A program made the position numbers and the translations under genes. This document shows, piece by piece, positions 11,460-23,628 of a stretch of DNA of 64,000 bases; position 1 is the stretch's first letter; every line of letters starts with the position of its first letter. This stretch comes from Tetramitus jugosus (Eukaryota; Protista; Heterolobosea): assembly GCA_937625935.1 (NCBI GenBank), contig OW569376.1, forward strand, positions 62,001 through 126,000, given 5' to 3'. Below the pieces are notes generated by a model, which ran no database searches, was not told where the DNA came from, and worked only from the letters and a program-made list of their open reading frames with translations.

Positions 11460-12619
11460 ATGAGAGCAGCACAAGAACAACAACAACAACAACAACAGCA
11501 AGATCATCATCATCATCATCATCACTATCGAACAACTCCATCTCATTCCTCTGATATACCCATTTCACTCAATCACAATGATGATGATCACGATGATGCA
11601 CCCATCATTACGAACGTTGATGAACAAGGAAATGAATTATTATTGACAACAACGACAACAACAACAACAGACAATGCTGCATCGTCATCATCGTCATCTT
11701 CCCCCATGATCACGACACAAAAACAAGAGGAAAAACAACGAGTGATTGAGAGCAGCACAGAACAAGAAGAAGAAAAATCAAACGATTTGTTTGAGTGTAA
11801 TATTTGTTTTGATCCAGCGAATGAACCAGTGATTACAGTGTGTGGTCATTTGTTTTGGTATGTTTTTATTGTTGTTTTTTGTGTTGTATTTTTTTTGTAA
11901 AGCTTGTGTGAGCTTGTGGGTTGTTTTTTGTTTTGTTTCTGAACAACACACTGGTTTTTGGGAGATGAAAGCTAACACGGTCAACTTGTTTTTTTGTGCA
12001 TATCAATGTGATTAGCTGGCCGTGCTTGTACAAGTGGTTGAACGCACAACAGAACCGATCGTGGCAATGTCCAGTGTGCAAAGCTGGCATCGAAAAAGAC
12101 AAGATTATTCCCATCTACGGTCGGGGAGGAGATTCAAAACAAAAGAGCGCCAACATACAAAAAGGTCCATCTACGACGGATAGTGAACCGGATTCAGCAG
12201 AAAGCTCCAACAATGGTGATGGAGAAGGCTCGATACCAAGCAGGCCAAGAGGTCAACGACCCAATGCCCCACCAAATCCAAACTACAATCCATTTCACGC
12301 ACATCAAAACATTCCATTTGCCAATCCGTTTGGTGGTATGATGGGTGGCGGTGGTGGTTTTGGAGGTGGTTTTGGTGGTGGAGGAAATCTTCAATTTTCT
12401 GATGGTTTTAGCTTCTTTCCATTCTTTGGTCTGGGCGTGCAAACGTGGAGCTTTGGATGGAACAGCAGTACTGGCAGTACAGGTGCTGGTGCAATGAACA
12501 ATGGTATTCCAGTCTCTGATCAGGATTTGTTTGATGATGAGGCATTGCAAAGAGCATTTTATTCTCGGTTGCTCATGCTATTGGGAATTATTGTGTTGTT
12601 GGTTGTCATTTTCTTGTAA
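11460..12619 (+). CDS. RNF5: RNF5/RMA1-like tail-anchored C3HC4 RING E3 ligase; exons 11460-11857 and 12016-12619
   Basis: Intron 11858-12015 (GTATGT...TTAG) restores FECNICFD..CGHLFCWPCLYKW..CPVCKAGI..IIPIYGRG. Also IPSRPRGQR and a C-terminal TM helix. Start could alternatively be 11316. Confidence 0.9.
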
Positions 12620-12674
12620 TAATAAATGTAACAATGTAAGCAACACATTTTTGTAATCTTTATCTTTGTTGTGT

Positions 12675-13124
12675 TCAGTTTATACTGTGATTTTTCTTTG
12701 ACTTGCGAGACAGGAGTAAAGCGACACATGTTCGAAAAAAATGAATGGATATCCAATTCTTTGTTAAGTCAACATTGAACACTGTTCTAAATCTAGCAAA
12801 TTTCTTGTTCAATGTGCTTTTCAATGTTCTAGTCTTTTTGATCATGAGATTTCGATTGAGTTTGAATTGATTCATTTCTTTGCTAGCACAACTCAACCAC
12901 TGTCGAGTGTCAACAAAACTTGACCGTGTGTCCATGTCAAGGAATACCGTCTTGGAGTGACAAGGTTGAGGGTTCCTCTGAGGAACAGAGCCAAACCATA
13001 AAGATGCACAGACTTTGAACGTCAATGATCCCTTTTGTTTGATGCTGGAACCTTTCTTTTCTAAGGGTGTTTTTTCCAGGAAGGCAACCAACAGTCTCTG
13101 ATGTCTGACACGAGAGTCCGACAT
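12675..13124 (-). CDS. Hypothetical 149-aa basic protein
   Basis: ATG-initiated ORF filling the gap between genes, with a possible 41-nt GTAAGT..AG intron (13178-13138) just upstream; no recognisable motif. Confidence 0.3.
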   Translation of the reverse strand: MSDSRVRHQRLLVAFLEKTPLEKKGSSIKQKGSLTFKVCASLWFGSVPQRNPQPCHSKTVFLDMDTRSSFVDTRQWLSCASKEMNQFKLNRNLMIKKTRTLKSTLNKKFARFRTVFNVDLTKNWISIHFFRTCVALLLSRKSKKNHSIN

Positions 13125-13196
13125 GATGGATTTACATCTTGAGAGAGTAATGTTGAGAAAAAAGAGAATGAAACTTACATGTGATTAGAGAATTTT

Positions 13197-14228
13197 TTAA
13201 GTATTTGATTTGGTTTTTGGTTGAGGGTTGGGTCTGGTTGTTTCTATGAATATCTCACATGCTCTGCTCATGTTCTGATAGGCAATATTCGAAACCAGTA
13301 TCAGATCTTCTGCCTTCTTCATTGGGTGGAACACCATCGTTTGTGGTTCACAGTTCTCGAAACCTTCAAACATGTAGTGACCAGCCAAGTGAACTCTTTT
13401 GTGCTTCATAGATAAGATCCTAAATCCCATTGTAGTGTCTTCGCTTCCCCACTTTTTTAGTTCTACTAGCTGGGACAACTTGTGAATGGCTTCTACGAGC
13501 CTCGAAGAAACACAGTAAGTTGAGCCTTGAGCGTACATTGGATAGAATTCCAACTCTGTATCACTCTTGAACCTTGGGTTCGAGTTAAGAACAGTAGACC
13601 TACCTAGGAAGTAACCAACATATGCCACAATGGACTTTCTCAGAGCGGTCTGCGTCGTAAGCCATGGATGCTTGTTGAGAAATGGTTGATCGATTGTTTC
13701 CTCGAGTTTCTCCTTGAAACGATCGACCAGAACGAGACTATCATCATCCATTTTCATCAAGAAACGATACTTGTATGGACTTGAGATCATGTAACTGAGG
13801 ATAGCGTCTGTCTTGTAGATGAGAGCTTGAGGTCCCTGTTGACTCTCCAAACTTGATGTGAACACAATGTCATTGTACTGTTCAACTTCATCCCTCAAGA
13901 TCAAATCACATTGTCGTGGGGGACTCGCAAGATAGTACTCTGTCCGATCTACAAAGTACTCGACATCAGCAATACTCCTATATTGTTTCATGTGCTCTCG
14001 AATGGCATTTCTCCTGGCTGTACCAATCTGGGAGCACGTACTTGGTACTCCAACAAAGAAGAACTTGCGAACCAGTTGATTATCATTCAAGATGGTCTCT
14101 TCCGAGTCACCATTGCGGTGCCCCACTGGGGAGGAGGCACTTTGGTTTAAAATCAACAAAATCAAAAGGGAACAAACGAAACAGATGATCAATAAGAGAA
14201 GGTGTTGGGGATTCAATTTGAATGTCAT
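13197..14228 (-). CDS. GT31 beta-1,3-galactosyltransferase-family type II membrane glycosyltransferase
   Basis: Start MTFKLNPQ then a TM anchor; RRNAIR, EVEQYNDIV, FLMKMDDDSLV (DxD), YPMYAQGSTY, EDTTMG. Confidence 0.85.
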   Translation of the reverse strand: MTFKLNPQHLLLLIICFVCSLLILLILNQSASSPVGHRNGDSEETILNDNQLVRKFFFVGVPSTCSQIGTARRNAIREHMKQYRSIADVEYFVDRTEYYLASPPRQCDLILRDEVEQYNDIVFTSSLESQQGPQALIYKTDAILSYMISSPYKYRFLMKMDDDSLVLVDRFKEKLEETIDQPFLNKHPWLTTQTALRKSIVAYVGYFLGRSTVLNSNPRFKSDTELEFYPMYAQGSTYCVSSRLVEAIHKLSQLVELKKWGSEDTTMGFRILSMKHKRVHLAGHYMFEGFENCEPQTMVFHPMKKAEDLILVSNIAYQNMSRACEIFIETTRPNPQPKTKSNT

Positions 14229-15159
14229 CGTGTTTTGTTGTTGGTGGAATACCGAGGGAATTTGTTTACAGCTCGAGTAACCGGCAAAAATTAGGTACGT
14301 ATTCCGGTGGGGAATAACTCTCTTTGGGCCAATGCGCACGATGAGTTCTACGGTATTTCCATTCGAAGCAAACTCCCCATTCTTCCAGAGCTTTGCTACG
14401 CAGGGCGATTCGGTGATAAAGACGAACCAACTCTCTTCTCCTCCACTGACGAGTGCGATCAAGTTCTTCTTGTTTGTGGTCTTTTGGATTCAAGGGACTG
14501 GTCGACTTTTCTAAAGCCCCATAAGGAACAACGAAATATTTTCGCTTTTTTCCAGACCTAGCTGTTGGTCACCTTAAATGGATGAACTGTCCAAACAAGT
14601 TCGCGATGACGTTATTCAAAGGTATGGACGTTTGATGACTTGACAAACATTGCAAGCGTCTCAACAAGTCTACTGTTCTTCAACCTCGATCGAACGTCCA
14701 ATGACTTGCTATGCTCCATGTTCCATTCTTCCTCGAGTTGTGGTTTGGTGTTCTTCTTGTGATGAGTCAAGTTGATAGCTTTGTTGGAGAACTTGTGGCC
14801 ACTGCCAGAGCATGACAACAATGTAGCAATCTCCGGAACGATACCAATCAAGTCTGCATTGTTGCTTTCTTCTTTACAGGCTCCTCTTTTTAGCTGAGTA
14901 CTTGTGAATACCACCAACAAGCTTCAGAACGCTGCAGTACTTGCAAAGCCAAAGTACTGGGAATTTACAAATTGAAGAGACCTGGTCAGAGAGAGTTTAC
15001 AAGTACTTTGGCCTCATCGGAATTTATTTCTCGCGAGAAAATCGTTTCCGCGCCAGGAGAATATTCTTGACGGGCACCTTCCCAGCGAGCTTGCATCCAA
15101 AGAGCCACAGCTCCATTTGAGAAACGATACACACGAGAGAGCAGCAAAGCACAGTATAA

Positions 15160-16647
15160 ATGAGTGAAAGCACAAGCAACAACAACAATAACAAGCAACC
15201 ACAACCACAAGAAGATGTTGTTGTTTCTGCCAATTCCTCACCCTCTTCACAGCAAAAGCCAAATTCCTCCTCTCTCGTCCATCTCCTGCACAGAGAAAAT
15301 TTGAAAAAATTTCGTAAAGTGCCTCATCCGTTGCACCATTCCGTGCGTGGTCTCCTTTTCAAAACATTGAGATCCTATGTCATCTCAACCACTGTCGTTT
15401 CGATAGCAATGGTCCTCGTTGTCTCACTCTTCTTCTATAGTGCATGGAACCAAACTTCGTTTTTCAAGACGAGAATCGGAGTTGCCATTATCAATAGAGA
15501 TGGCAGTGGTGGAAATGGAAAGTTTGGAACGATACTGGCAGGTGCGTTTCTAAAGGCTGCTCCCTATCATTACTATGTTCCAAACAAGACGATTGATAAT
15601 GTGGAAGAGTATGTTCGAAAGGGTCACTGTTATGTCGCGGTGGAAATTCCGGCGAATTTTACAAAAAATTTAGTGTCGAGCTTGTATTATGGACTGCCCT
15701 ATCGAAACAACACGGTTCAGGTGATTTTTGATGAAGGAAGAGCGTATTCGACTCTGATGAGTGTGAGAAGAGCAATCTCTATGGTTGTTTCCGCAGTGAG
15801 TATCAATGTGGCGCAGAGTATAGTTGCGAATCACACGTATGTGACGGGAGCGGATCCGTTAGCCATTGTGAATCCTTATCAGATCAAGGAGAGGAATTTA
15901 CAGCCTGTGGAGCATACGGGTCAGGAACTTGCTTCTTCGTTGACTTATACTTATTTGGCATTGTTTGCCATGGTTGGTGTGAACAACATTTTGGCAGCAG
16001 TGAAACCACTCGAAGGACGAATTTTACCTCTGCAGTTGGTATTGATGAGAGTGACGATGGGTGTTCTATACAATGCTTTAATCTCGATCTTTCTCACACT
16101 TCTCATTCTCCTATTCGGTAGTCAGTTCAATAAGGGATTTGGTGTGTTTTGGTTGTTCAACTGGATGGTCATGTGTTCGTTCAGCGCATTCTTTGCTTTT
16201 GTTGCTGTTACTCTCGGTCCTGCTGGTTCAGCCCTCTCTAGTTTGTTCCTGTCGTTGAATATGACATCTTCTGGAGCTTTGGTCAACTCTGATCTGATGC
16301 CTCGACTGTTCAAGTATGGAATGGGTCTGCCCATGTTTCATGCGGTGAAGGGAGCCAGGACAATCACCTATGGTAGCTACGATCGATTAGCAATGAACAT
16401 TCCTGTGCTGATCACTTGGATTGTGGTGTTCCTGTCATTGTCCATGATCTCATCTTGGCTCAAGTTTGCAGTTGTTATCCTGAGGGCTGTACCAGACGAT
16501 ATCGTTCACTCTGTTCAATTAGATCCTCCAGTTCCAACTGAAGCTGAGCAAGAAGTCAATCCAAAAGAAGAAGCTGCGATGGACGAACAAGAGCTACACT
16601 CGGATGAAGAGCATTTAGAAGATGAAGAAACACCTCAACATTCATAA
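15160..16647 (+). CDS. SNG1/DUF3533-like (ABC-2/YhgE-type) multi-pass membrane protein
   Basis: One N-terminal TM, extracellular domain VAIINRDG..VRKGHCYVAVEIPANFT, then about five TM helices with SSG..DLMPRLFKYGMGLPMFHAVKG. Confidence 0.75.
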   Translation: MSESTSNNNNNKQPQPQEDVVVSANSSPSSQQKPNSSSLVHLLHRENLKKFRKVPHPLHHSVRGLLFKTLRSYVISTTVVSIAMVLVVSLFFYSAWNQTSFFKTRIGVAIINRDGSGGNGKFGTILAGAFLKAAPYHYYVPNKTIDNVEEYVRKGHCYVAVEIPANFTKNLVSSLYYGLPYRNNTVQVIFDEGRAYSTLMSVRRAISMVVSAVSINVAQSIVANHTYVTGADPLAIVNPYQIKERNLQPVEHTGQELASSLTYTYLALFAMVGVNNILAAVKPLEGRILPLQLVLMRVTMGVLYNALISIFLTLLILLFGSQFNKGFGVFWLFNWMVMCSFSAFFAFVAVTLGPAGSALSSLFLSLNMTSSGALVNSDLMPRLFKYGMGLPMFHAVKGARTITYGSYDRLAMNIPVLITWIVVFLSLSMISSWLKFAVVILRAVPDDIVHSVQLDPPVPTEAEQEVNPKEEAAMDEQELHSDEEHLEDEETPQHS

Positions 16648-16770
16648 TGCGCTCGCATCCCGTAATAAATCGGTGCACGGCTGCACGAAAAAGTGGCACC
16701 AAAAGAACTTTAAAAATCCCGCCGATCACCAGAACAAAAAAAAAGAAAAAAAAAACAGATTGAACCAACC

Positions 16771-18237
16771 ATGAAACGACACAACGTTACTGACGACGAC
16801 AAAGCACAACAACGGCCGACCAAAAAACTTCGATTCGAGGACAATCTTCTCTCCTCACACAATGACAATGAACATGCAGATACGGCTCCGACAGATACGG
16901 TAACAGCCACTGGATCGTTGTTTGGAAAGAATCCGAAAATGACAGTGCAGGAGGCCAGAAGCAGCAGAAACATTCGTCGTCTGAAAGGCTTTGAAAATCA
17001 CAGTGAGTCCATACTCGGAGAAATTGACACGGAAGATCAAACGGGGTTTTTGAAGCGGGTGTCGGGAGAAGAATTTGATGGCGGCGATCAAGACTCCGCC
17101 GAAAGAATTACAGTGGATCGCAATGGCTTTGGTGTGACGTTGATTGAGCCGTTCACGCTCGATCGAGAGCGACAAGAGGGCAAGTTTGACAGTGAAGGCA
17201 ACTTTTTGGAGATCAGTGTGAGACACAATAGACAATTGTTGCTCGAAGGCAAACAACGAGAAAAGTACAAGAAACAGAAGCATGATATTGATGCCATTAT
17301 GAACAAGAAGTTTGGCAGAGAAGAAGATGATGGTACGATGGTGCGAAAGAACACTGCTGGTACCAAAGGTGATCGAGTGAGTGTGTTTGACCATCGCAGG
17401 TCTTCATCATCTTCCAATGAAAGAAGAGAAGAAGGAAACACTGTTCAAGAGGATGAAGAGTCTGGTAGCGAGGAGGATGGAGACGAAGAAGGAGAAGAGG
17501 ATGCTTGGATCGAAGGCCTCGAAGAACAAGAGAAACAGAACGCTCTCAATCTGACGGCAACTGCTCGTCATCGCTCTGATGTGCAACGTTCAGCAGCAAC
17601 AGGGGTCAACGCACAGCAAGAAATGAGCAAGAAACAAAAAATGCTCGCTGTCGCCGATCACGCTGAAACAGTATTGCGGATTCTTCAGGAGGGAGAATCC
17701 GTGAGACAAGCTCTCGAGCGACTTCGGCCGGCCAAGAGTCAACCGTTGCACAAGAAACAAGATCGTAAAAAACGTGGGGAGACAACGGTAGAACCCACTG
17801 ACAAAGAGTCCAATGAAGATGAAACGACACAGCAGAGTTCAAAGGACTTTAATGACCTCAATCATGCCTGTTCTCAAATCATGTCATTAGCAGGTGATTA
17901 TTCTGTGTTTGAAGAGCAGGCGCCTCATTTCCAGAAGCTCGTAGAACAGTACGATAACTCTGAGCACGGGAAATGGTGGACGTACAAGTGGCAGGGAAAG
18001 GATGACATTTATGGACCTTTTGCAGGCCGGGTGATGCAACAGTGGAAGAATCAAGGACATTTTGCACAACACCCGATCATGGTGCGGTTAGAGAGTGTGG
18101 GCCGCAAGCCCTTGTTGTCCACATCCGAGGAATCAGTTGTACAGTCGGAAGAAGAAGATGATATGTTTGAGACTGCGGCAAGCGAAACCGAACAAGTACC
18201 CTTCGTCCCTTTTGGACAATCTGTCCATTTGGTATAA
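16771..18237 (+). CDS. CD2BP2: U5 snRNP 52K / CD2BP2 / Lin1 with C-terminal GYF domain
   Basis: IEPFTLDRERQEGKFDSEGNF, DAWIEGL, LQEGESVRQALERL and GYF-like WTYKW..IYGPFAGRVMQQWKNQGHF. Confidence 0.9.
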   Translation: MKRHNVTDDDKAQQRPTKKLRFEDNLLSSHNDNEHADTAPTDTVTATGSLFGKNPKMTVQEARSSRNIRRLKGFENHSESILGEIDTEDQTGFLKRVSGEEFDGGDQDSAERITVDRNGFGVTLIEPFTLDRERQEGKFDSEGNFLEISVRHNRQLLLEGKQREKYKKQKHDIDAIMNKKFGREEDDGTMVRKNTAGTKGDRVSVFDHRRSSSSSNERREEGNTVQEDEESGSEEDGDEEGEEDAWIEGLEEQEKQNALNLTATARHRSDVQRSAATGVNAQQEMSKKQKMLAVADHAETVLRILQEGESVRQALERLRPAKSQPLHKKQDRKKRGETTVEPTDKESNEDETTQQSSKDFNDLNHACSQIMSLAGDYSVFEEQAPHFQKLVEQYDNSEHGKWWTYKWQGKDDIYGPFAGRVMQQWKNQGHFAQHPIMVRLESVGRKPLLSTSEESVVQSEEEDDMFETAASETEQVPFVPFGQSVHLV

Positions 18238-18438
18238 GAGCGTCATTATAAACTTGAAAAGCGTGTCGTTTTGATCGACTTTGTCTACAGTGAGCTTACT
18301 CCGAAACAGCGCTAATTTACCCTTTACACCCCCGATAAAGAGCGAGGTGGTGTTGAGCTTTGTGAAACGATTTGGAAAGAAGAAAAACGAACAAAATAAG
18401 CAATAAGAAAGCCAAATATTGTTGCTACCTCTTGATGG

Positions 18439-21400
18439 ATGCTGATGTTGCGTTACTACCTGTGTCTAGCTCTCACTTTACTGTTTCTACTTCCTCTGGC
18501 ATTCTCTATCAATGTGGACGAAATTTTTAACAACAAGAACAAAATTGTCTTTGCTCAATCGTGTGCCTTGTCGGGAGAGAGCAGTGCGCTTGGAACTGAG
18601 ATAAATACGGGCATTCAAGCAGCATTTAATGAGATCAATCGGTTAGGAGGAGTATGGGGCGATAAAACACTTGAGCTCATCGTATTGGATGATGGATATG
18701 AGACGAATAGAACTGTGAATAATACGAAAAGCTTTCTGGAGATTCCTGATTTGTTTGGAATGATAGGATTCACAGGCACTGGTAACTCTATAGCAGCGCT
18801 TGAGCTTACATCTCCATATAATCTGCCATTTATTGGACCGTTTACTGGTGCTACATCACTTCGGAGTCCATTCACTAACTATGTAGTGAACTTGAGAAGC
18901 AGTTATGATGATGAAGCAACAGCTATCCTGGAGTATTTGGTAGAAACAAAAGTAGTGACTGAAATATCGTTACTCATGCAAGATGATAGCCTCGGTATTG
19001 CAGGTCGGGATAGTTTTGAAAGAGTAATGAGTACATGTATGTGATACGGTTGATTCTGGTGATTTATTCTCCTCTTATCAGAGATCTGACACTTCATTCC
19101 TTTGCTCTTCGTGCAACTTAGTAAATCTCCAATTCAAGTCAGTCGGTAGATTCGCTAAGAATACAGTGGATGTCACTCAAGCATTGATCGACATTGCACC
19201 TGGTATGCCTCAGGCGATCGGTATGTACAATTTGAGGTTGGTATCGCCAATGAAAGTGATCTGACACCAAAATTCAGTTATGGTTGGAACATATGCTCCT
19301 TTGGCAGAGTTCGTGAAGCAAGTTAAAACTTCTCCACTCTTTCCAGAATCGAGGCAGATTCTGTTTGCTTCTCTTTCGATAGTTAGTCCAGAAATATTCG
19401 CCGATTCATTAGGAAGTGCTGAGATGAGAAGCAATGTGATTATATCGAACATTGTTCCATCACCCAGAAATCTCTCATTACCTATTGTTCATCACTACCA
19501 CAAAGCTCTTCATGAAATTCTCCCCACTGCACTTCCCACATATGGTTCCTTTGAGGGATACATTCTGGGCAAACTAACATACACAGTTATTCAGAATATT
19601 ATAGGAAACCTCACGCGCTCAAATTTCATCGATACCTTCTACTATCGATCCCTCTTTCAATTGGATCATATGTCAGTTGGTCCATACTACTGGTGCGAAC
19701 AACCTGACCCATACTTGCAAGAACCAGTGGTAGGGAATTATACGCATGAGGGCTGTTTCGATTGTAACCAAGGATTGAGAAAAGTTTGGCTAACTCAGAT
19801 CGAAACTAACGAAAACAACTCTTTTTCTTTCAAAGAAGCAAGTGATAAGTTTGAATGGACTGGATCTTGCATAGCAAGTCCGTCTGAAGTTCGAAAACCG
19901 ATTATTTTCGGGCAATCGATACTTCAACATGACGAGAGAGGTCAGTATTTAACTGCTGGTATAGAATTAGCTTTCAAGAGATATAACATGGATGTTGGTA
20001 AGAACAAACGAAACGTGAAACTAATCACATACAGTCATACAAATGCGTCTACTCTTTATGAAAATTTGTACGTTTTCCTTCGGCGGATGGAGATATTTGG
20101 TATCATTGGTTTGACTGGATCAGAGTCAGTGAGAGCTATGACACAGTATCTGGGAAGGTACCCTACAGTTCCCATTGTTGGACCTTCTATTGGTAGCTCG
20201 TTTATTTCTACTCCAGTCGTGCCTAACATTCTAAATATCCGATCGTCTTTGAGGGAGGAAGTTGGAGCGACAATCAACTACTTATCAAACAAGCTGGCTG
20301 TTACTCGATTGTCTTTTATAAATTCTGGTGAAGAGGAGAGTCAAGAAATAAGTGGCCATTATAAGACCATGCTAGATCTACTAGATATGGCGCCGGAGAG
20401 TTCTGCCGATATTGATCTAAGTTTGAATAGTGACGAGGGATTGACTATTACCCTAGAAAAACTTGTTTCTGATGGGAATAATCCACAAGCAGTTGTGTAC
20501 ACTGGAAGCTCTACAACTCAATTCAATAATATCCTCAAAATTTTGAGTCAGAGGAGATTCCAAATTGGAATTAGAGATTCAGTGATAATCATATTTAGCT
20601 CGTTAATTGATGCCTTGAGAGTTTCAAAATTTCTGAGAAACCTTGATATTGGATCCATGACCGTCCTGGCTTCCTCGGTTGTTTCAGCACCATCCGACAG
20701 ATCCAGTTCAATGGTACTTCGCTTCCTGAACCAACTTGATCGAGGATCGGAATTAAGAGACAGTTTTGCAGCTCTAGAGGGTTACTTGATTGGTGGATTT
20801 GTTACACGTGTAATTGATAGTATGGAAGTTGAGGTGACCGCTTCATCCTTCTTAAATGAAGTGTACGCGACCAGCAGTTTTACAGTCGACGATGTCGATC
20901 TAGGAAGATATATGAATACTACATCTATAGATAGATCATGCAACACAGGAATGAGGACAACTTATATGGTGCGATACAACGCCACATCATTTCGATTTGA
21001 GTCTCTTCCTAGCAGTGATATGGGCGTACTAAACTTAAGGTCAAATCAATGTGGTCTTCGAAGCAATGAAACCATGACCAATACCATTAAGAAGCCGTAC
21101 ATATTTGCGCACATTGTTCGATCCAATGATACCGATGATTATCAAAAGGGCGTTTATTCAGTGTTTTCTTCCCAGGAATCAGTCAATTTGGAAGGCATCC
21201 GAGGAAGAATGCAGATACTGAGGATCAATCACGATGCATCGAGCAATAATTCGGTTATCCCCCTCGCTAGCGAACTAGTGCACAAAAACCGAATATATGG
21301 ATTCTTGGGCACATATCCAGAGATTTCTGACGAATTGGCTGCCTTCGCAAAGGAGAGCCAGGTGCCAATATTTGGACCCTTATCGGGAAGTGTAGCCTTA

Positions 21401-23560
21401 AGAAAGCCATACAATGGGTATGTTGTCAATATGAGAGCCTCTATCTTGGATGAATTTGTAGCCATGAATCGTTATTTTAGAAGCATTGGGGTTACCAAAA
21501 TCAATCTCATGCACGAGGCTAGTTCATATTGGACTCGAGAACTTCAGAATATCTTACTGTTTGCAAAGAAAGACATCGGAGAAAAAATTGACTTTGGATT
21601 TATTGCACATTATCCTGACTCTACCAACAATTGGATTCAAAACATGGCTATGAAAGGGCCCGAAGCTCTTGTTATTCTGGCCAGTACAGACATTACATCA
21701 CAAATTTTAACGAGTGTGCCAGAATTTAAAGCGAGTAATGAGTTTCCAGTTCAGTTTGGAATATTTTCAGAGGTAGCTCAGGAACCTCTCTTCACCAATA
21801 TCCGACCGCTTCTTCCATTAATAAGAGCAATCGGGAACGGAACTAGTGTATTTGTTGGAAGAGTGTTACCAGCGTTGGCGAGCAGTTCCCCCTCTCGATC
21901 CTTATTATTCACGAACGAGACTCCATCAACTCTTTCGACTACATTTGCTTCTCTCTATAGTTCCTCTTATCCTGACTCCAATCCTACATACATGGCCTTT
22001 GAAGGATATCTCAGTGCATCGCTGATTGAGATGGTGATGAACAGTTTTGGCAAAGAAATTCCCTCAAAGGGTCTAGATTTATCCACGTTTATGGATCGCA
22101 TGTATACTTCATCAATATTTGACTTTTATGGATACATTGTTGGCCCGATAGGAAGAGAATGCCAGGCTACTAACAGTAATCAAGTATGTACGACAGCGTC
22201 TCTTGGTTGTGGATGTAATCAGGCAGCAAGAGAAGTATATCTTTCTGAGTTATCGACGATTTCAGGGGTCATTACATCTGATGTTCCGCAGGGACAGATG
22301 ACAATGTTGGGGTGCGGAACAGAACCGCGAATATCAACCAATTCGTTTCCCTATTACGGCGCTATCATTATTGCTCTTGCTCTCGTTGTGGTGATTATTG
22401 TTGCCATCTCCTTGGGTGCAATATTGTTCTTCCGTTGTAGGACTCGTGAAAGCATGAAGTATGCTCCCTCAAAGAGCGGAACTATGGTATGCTGTTTCAC
22501 AGATGTTCAAAACAGCACAAAGCTCTGGCAAATGGATGAAAAATCTATGAGACAAGCTCTTATCATTCACAACAAGATCATGAGGAGGAATCTCGAATTG
22601 TTCAGAGGATTTGAAGTGAAGACGAATGGAGACTCATTTATGGTGATGTTCAAAAGACCTAGCGATGCTATTGATTGGGCACTCGCAGTCCAACACGATC
22701 TCCTCTCCACTAAATGGTCATCCGACCTATTGGGAATGTACGACTGTAGACAGGAATGGGATGATTCAACACAACAAGTCATATGGAACGGTATTCGAGT
22801 AAGAATGGGCATTCATTCTGGCTTTGCTGAGTATCAATTTGATCCAACTACAAAAAGACCGGATTACTTTGGAACAACCATTAATACTTCTGCGAGAATT
22901 GAGGCCCTTGCCTCAGGTGGACAGGTGTTGATATCAGATGCCCTATTCAAAAAGACTAGACATCTATACAAGGAGCAGAATCTTAGGGATGATAACCCAC
23001 TCCTCTTTGCCAGTGCATTGGACTCCACCGGCAGTTTCAGCGACACTCAATCCACTTCCAGTTTTGATGGATCAACAGCTATTCACTCGAGTGAAGAGAA
23101 GCAATCAAAACGGGAGAGAAATCAGCGAGTGAAGAAGGTACGATCAGAATATTACACTGCCACAGATTTGGGTGAATTTCCACTAAAAGGGCTGTCTGGA
23201 ACAACAAGAGTGTACCAAGTAGTGAGCAATACGATACGGAACCGAAAATATCCAGAGATTATCCCAGCTGTGACAGTTACTCAAGACACTGACAGCTCCC
23301 ACTCTAGCTCAAGCACCTTGGATGTGTATTCAATCAAGAAGAACAAGGTGAAACCACTGCTAGAAACACGAAAGTCATCCTTCACCGAAGCACTACAATC
23401 TCTTAACATTATTAATAGTAGTGATCCAAATGCACAGAATGATATGATTGCTCAGAGAGAAGTGGAGGAACAACGAGATCAGGACATATCCTATGAAGCA
23501 CCCATTACGTCACCATCTCGGGACCAACTGCAAATTCATCGAATCAACCATGATGAATGA
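18439..23560 (+). CDS. Receptor-type class III adenylate cyclase with three periplasmic-binding-protein (Venus flytrap) repeats (~1659 aa); exons 18439-19036, 19122-19220, 19278-23560
   Basis: Introns 19037-19121 and 19221-19277 (GTATGT..AG) restore RFAKNTVDV..PQAIVMVGTY. Signal peptide; TM about 22350-22435; cyclase motifs FTDVQNST, EVKTNGDSFM, RVRMGIHSG, DYFGTTINTSARIE. Confidence 0.92.
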
Positions 23561-23628
23561 ACTCCAATAAACTGTGCTTCGATCAAAGAAGACAAGTAAA
23601 ATAGAAACCTGAACAACACTATGTATCT

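Noticed and set aside
11470-11700. CAA/CAT/ACA tandem tracts as a repeat array or CRISPR-like feature
   Set aside because: Simple microsatellites encoding poly-Q/H/T, common across the window; no repeat-spacer structure.
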